A DNA stretch of 64,000 nt from the human T2T-CHM13v2.0 reference genome, Homo sapiens: the NCBI RefSeq assembly GCF_009914755.1, contig NC_060927.1. One strand, written 5' to 3'. The translations under genes were made by a program, and so were the position numbers. Under the pieces are notes generated by a model that did no database searches, was not told the DNA's origin, and was given only the letters and a program-made list of their open reading frames with translations. Positions 61,001-64,000 of the stretch are shown here, piece by piece (position 1 is the stretch's first letter; every line of letters begins with the position of its first letter).

Positions 61001-61772
61001 TACGTAAATATAAGGCCAAAATTTAATAAATGCTATAAGACAAAAAGCATGTGGCAATTCTGAGAAGAAAAAAGCATTTGGGTGAAAGGGTAAAGAAAGC
61101 AGTAGATTGTAGGATATTCGCTGGTACAATTGGGATGTTATGACTAGAAGAAGGCAGTGCCATAGGAAAGGGGAAAGACCAGTGTGATGGTCAAGGGAGA
61201 AAGAAGAATCAACAACTGTCTCTTATCATGAATAGACAAAGTATAAACACAAAGCGAGAGCTGATTTTGGGAAAAGACATTAAAGTGTCAGGGAGACGTT
61301 GGCAGGCAATGGAATTTGGCTTGAAAGAGGAGGAGACTGGAGCATGCATATAAATTGAGGTGACAATGCAATTCTGTGAGTGAATGAGGTTTCTAAGGAA
61401 GGACACTCCATAGAAGGAAGGAAGGAGTCAGGGCAGAACTTGGGAAAGCATCAACATTTAGGGGAGACAAAGGGGAGGTGTGAGAGTGGGGGAGATGGAA
61501 GAGTGAGATGATAGAGGTTGAGAGAGACAGTTGGTGAACGAGTCAGGAAAGTGCTAGTTCAGAGGCAGAAAAACCCAGCTTGGTTCAGCAAAAAAGGCCA
61601 AGAGCTTGAGAAGAATAAAGACTGGGAAAAAGGTATCATATTGTTAGGTGGTTAATTGGACCCTGCTGAGTTACAAGAAACTGGAGAAATGAAATTTCAA
61701 GAAGTTAGGTGACAGAGGAATGAGTATCTGGGTAAAGAAAGCAGGAGATTTTTCTTGAGGATACTTTAACAG

Positions 61773-62901
61773 CCAAGGCAGATTTATCATTAAACAAATG
61801 AGGCTCCATTCAGGCCCTTTAACTTCCCAGATCTTTCCCGAGCCCTAGGACTTGTCCTAGCAATGCCTTCCCATAGTCATGTGATCTGTGAAACTTACAT
61901 ATGTAAGATTTAATTGCTCTGAGGGGTAAGAACACTCTTTCTCCTCAGGCTGTCCTAAATGAAAAGTGGAATGCCTGCTTGGGATTCAAGCATCAGCTTA
62001 GAGAACTAGAGTTAAGGCTTAAGAGTCTCTGCTGTGTGGTTTGCATATGGTAGTTAACATATAGTTAAATTATTGCTAATAGTCACAGGAATTCTTCCTC
62101 CACCCACAGGGCCAACTCACCCAGCACTGATGACAATGTGGACATGTCGTTTGACATCGGGCATTTGGAGAAATGTAGGTAGTGGAGGAGAAAAGGTTTG
62201 AAATGAACAGAGCCAGAGCTAGTATGTGGAAAGTTCTCCCAATCATGAGATGTGTAAAACTACAAGTAGACGATCTGGTTCTTGTCAAGACCCAATCAGA
62301 ATGTGAATTCTCACCTATCAGATACGATAACCTAAGATGCATAATATACCACCATCATGAGAAATCAATGACAAACTGGTTAATGGGTGTTGTCAGTTCA
62401 AAGAAGATTTAAGATTAGTCACAGCACAAGACAATTTGAAATATTTTGAAATATTTCAGCTCAGATATGAAACTTGATAAGAGATTTTGCAAATTGAAGA
62501 AAATTTCTACAACCTTATTTATTATCAATAATGAAATAGGAAGTTAAGACTTTTAAAAACTATAAATGTATAAATATTTTAATTAAATATACTGGATAAA
62601 AGATTGAATCCTTGCTAAATAAAGAAGCAAACTGAGAATGCAGCTAAAAAACAGAGGAAGATGTTAGAGGCCAGGCAGTTAATAAAATATTACATTATTT
62701 TGTAGATTTTGTGATGTTTGTGGTATTCGTTCATTTTTTAAAAAATGATACTTTATTGCATCTTTTCCTTATCTAAATAAATATTCATTTGCATCTATTT
62801 TTTAAATTTATGTATTTAAATTCTTTACCTTAAAGAACCTCTCCTCTCCCCCACCCCCAACTGTATCAGCTTTGGGCCCTTCAAAACCTGAATCCACTCT
62901 T
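61773..62901. mobile_element. hAT-Tip100 (Zaphod/MER115-like) element inserted in L2-like sequence
   Basis: Ends ggcagatttatcattaaacaaatgaggct...ttcaggccc and agctttgggcccttcaaaacctgaatccactct; AT-rich interior. Confidence 0.5.
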
Positions 62902-63843
62902 ATGTAACGGAAGTAGCAGTGCTTCTTGCCAGGAGTGTATTCAGGCTTGAAAAGAGTTAGGATGTCAGCTTTGGGCATGGTGGGATATTAAATATTTCAT
63001 TATTAGCATTTTTTAGGATAGGGATGACCTGAGCCTTTTGTATGTAGAGGGAAGATGCTGGCTGTAAGAAAAAAAATACTCATGTAATAGGGATACTTTT
63101 TGGAACAGGTCTCACAAAAATGGAAATGAACGGGTTAAGACAGAGTGAAGATAATGGCTTTCAAAGGCAAGTTCAGATAGGGAGCTGCGAAGGAGGGAAG
63201 AGGGAAAGTGGATTTTGTGGAGGGGTGTGAGGGAGCTTTATTTCTGTGGCCTTAATGTTCTAGTTCATGTGGAGGCCAGGCTATCAACTCAAGTCTCAGG
63301 GGTGGGTATTTTTAGGGGTTTTCTGAGCCTGAGAAGGTCACTCATAACTATTTTGCAAAATGAAACTGTTAAATATAGTGATGGGCCTGCTGTCATTTTC
63401 TCAAACTCTACCCAGTCATCCTAAGATACTGTACCCAGATACCCTGCTGCAGACTTGGCAGTAACCGTCTCAGATGAAGAGCGAGTTCAGAGGTAATGCT
63501 ATTCTAGTGTCAGCATGATCAGAGAATACAACTGAGGTAATCAAGTAAGCTTAGTGAGAAGAATGTCGAGTGGTGAGCTTGAGTTGTTGCCTAAAAAAAA
63601 GAAACAACAATTTATTTATATATGGCCTTATTCCACACAGGATTTAAGGTAGCTTATAAGAATGCATGCAATAAAATAGCAAGATGTGGTCCATAAATAA
63701 AAAATCAAGGCTGGAAAAAGCATAAAATATAGATAAGAAGACTTCAGATGTGGCTTGCCAGTGGTCTTCAAATAACTGAAGCGTTGTCTTGTGGAAGAGC
63801 ATTTTGGGATATTTGGTATGTGGGTTCGAGAACATGAGGATAT

Positions 63844-64000
63844 GTGTGTTGTAGTCTGTTTGGGCAGCTATAACAAAATACCATGAACCGAGTGGCTTAT
63901 AAACAACAGAAATTTATTTCTCATATTTCTAGGGACTGGGAAGTCCAAGATCAAGGCACCAGCAGATTTGGTATTTGGTAAGGGCCTGCTTTTTGTTTGA
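63844..64000 (-). mobile_element. MaLR LTR (MST/MLT1A-like), runs off the window
   Basis: tagtctgtttgggcagctataacaaaatacc...ggcttataaacaacagaaatttatttctca...gggaagtccaagatcaaggcaccagcag. Confidence 0.85.

Overview
Primate (very probably human) genomic DNA: AT-rich, CpG-poor and rich in repeats, with no intact protein-coding gene that I can support. Most listed ORFs are chance frames or translations of Alu, L1 or mariner repeats. The main non-repeat feature is a decayed minus-strand FGFR3-like pseudogene (~21150-22000) covering Ig-I, the acid box, Ig-II and the first half of Ig-III. It is semi-processed: three exon junctions are spliced, but a GT..AG intron remnant is kept at the exon 6/7 position and the copy runs on into intron-7-like sequence. 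Unexplained segments flank it on both sides, and the left one abuts a near full-length Hsmar1 mariner whose TIR tip is missing. A near full-length Hsmar2 (39731-41620) carries a 262-bp internal segment re-copied into its own 5' TIR, with a perfect 31-bp duplication. The window also has a Tigger3-type element, MER5/MER58/MER33/Zaphod-like hAT elements, several solo LTRs, L1s, L2/MIR fragments, 12 Alus, microsatellites and a few motif-dense, repeat-free candidate enhancers. Repeat subfamily names and FGFR3 comparisons come from recalled consensus sequences, not from a search, and boundaries of old repeats are approximate.
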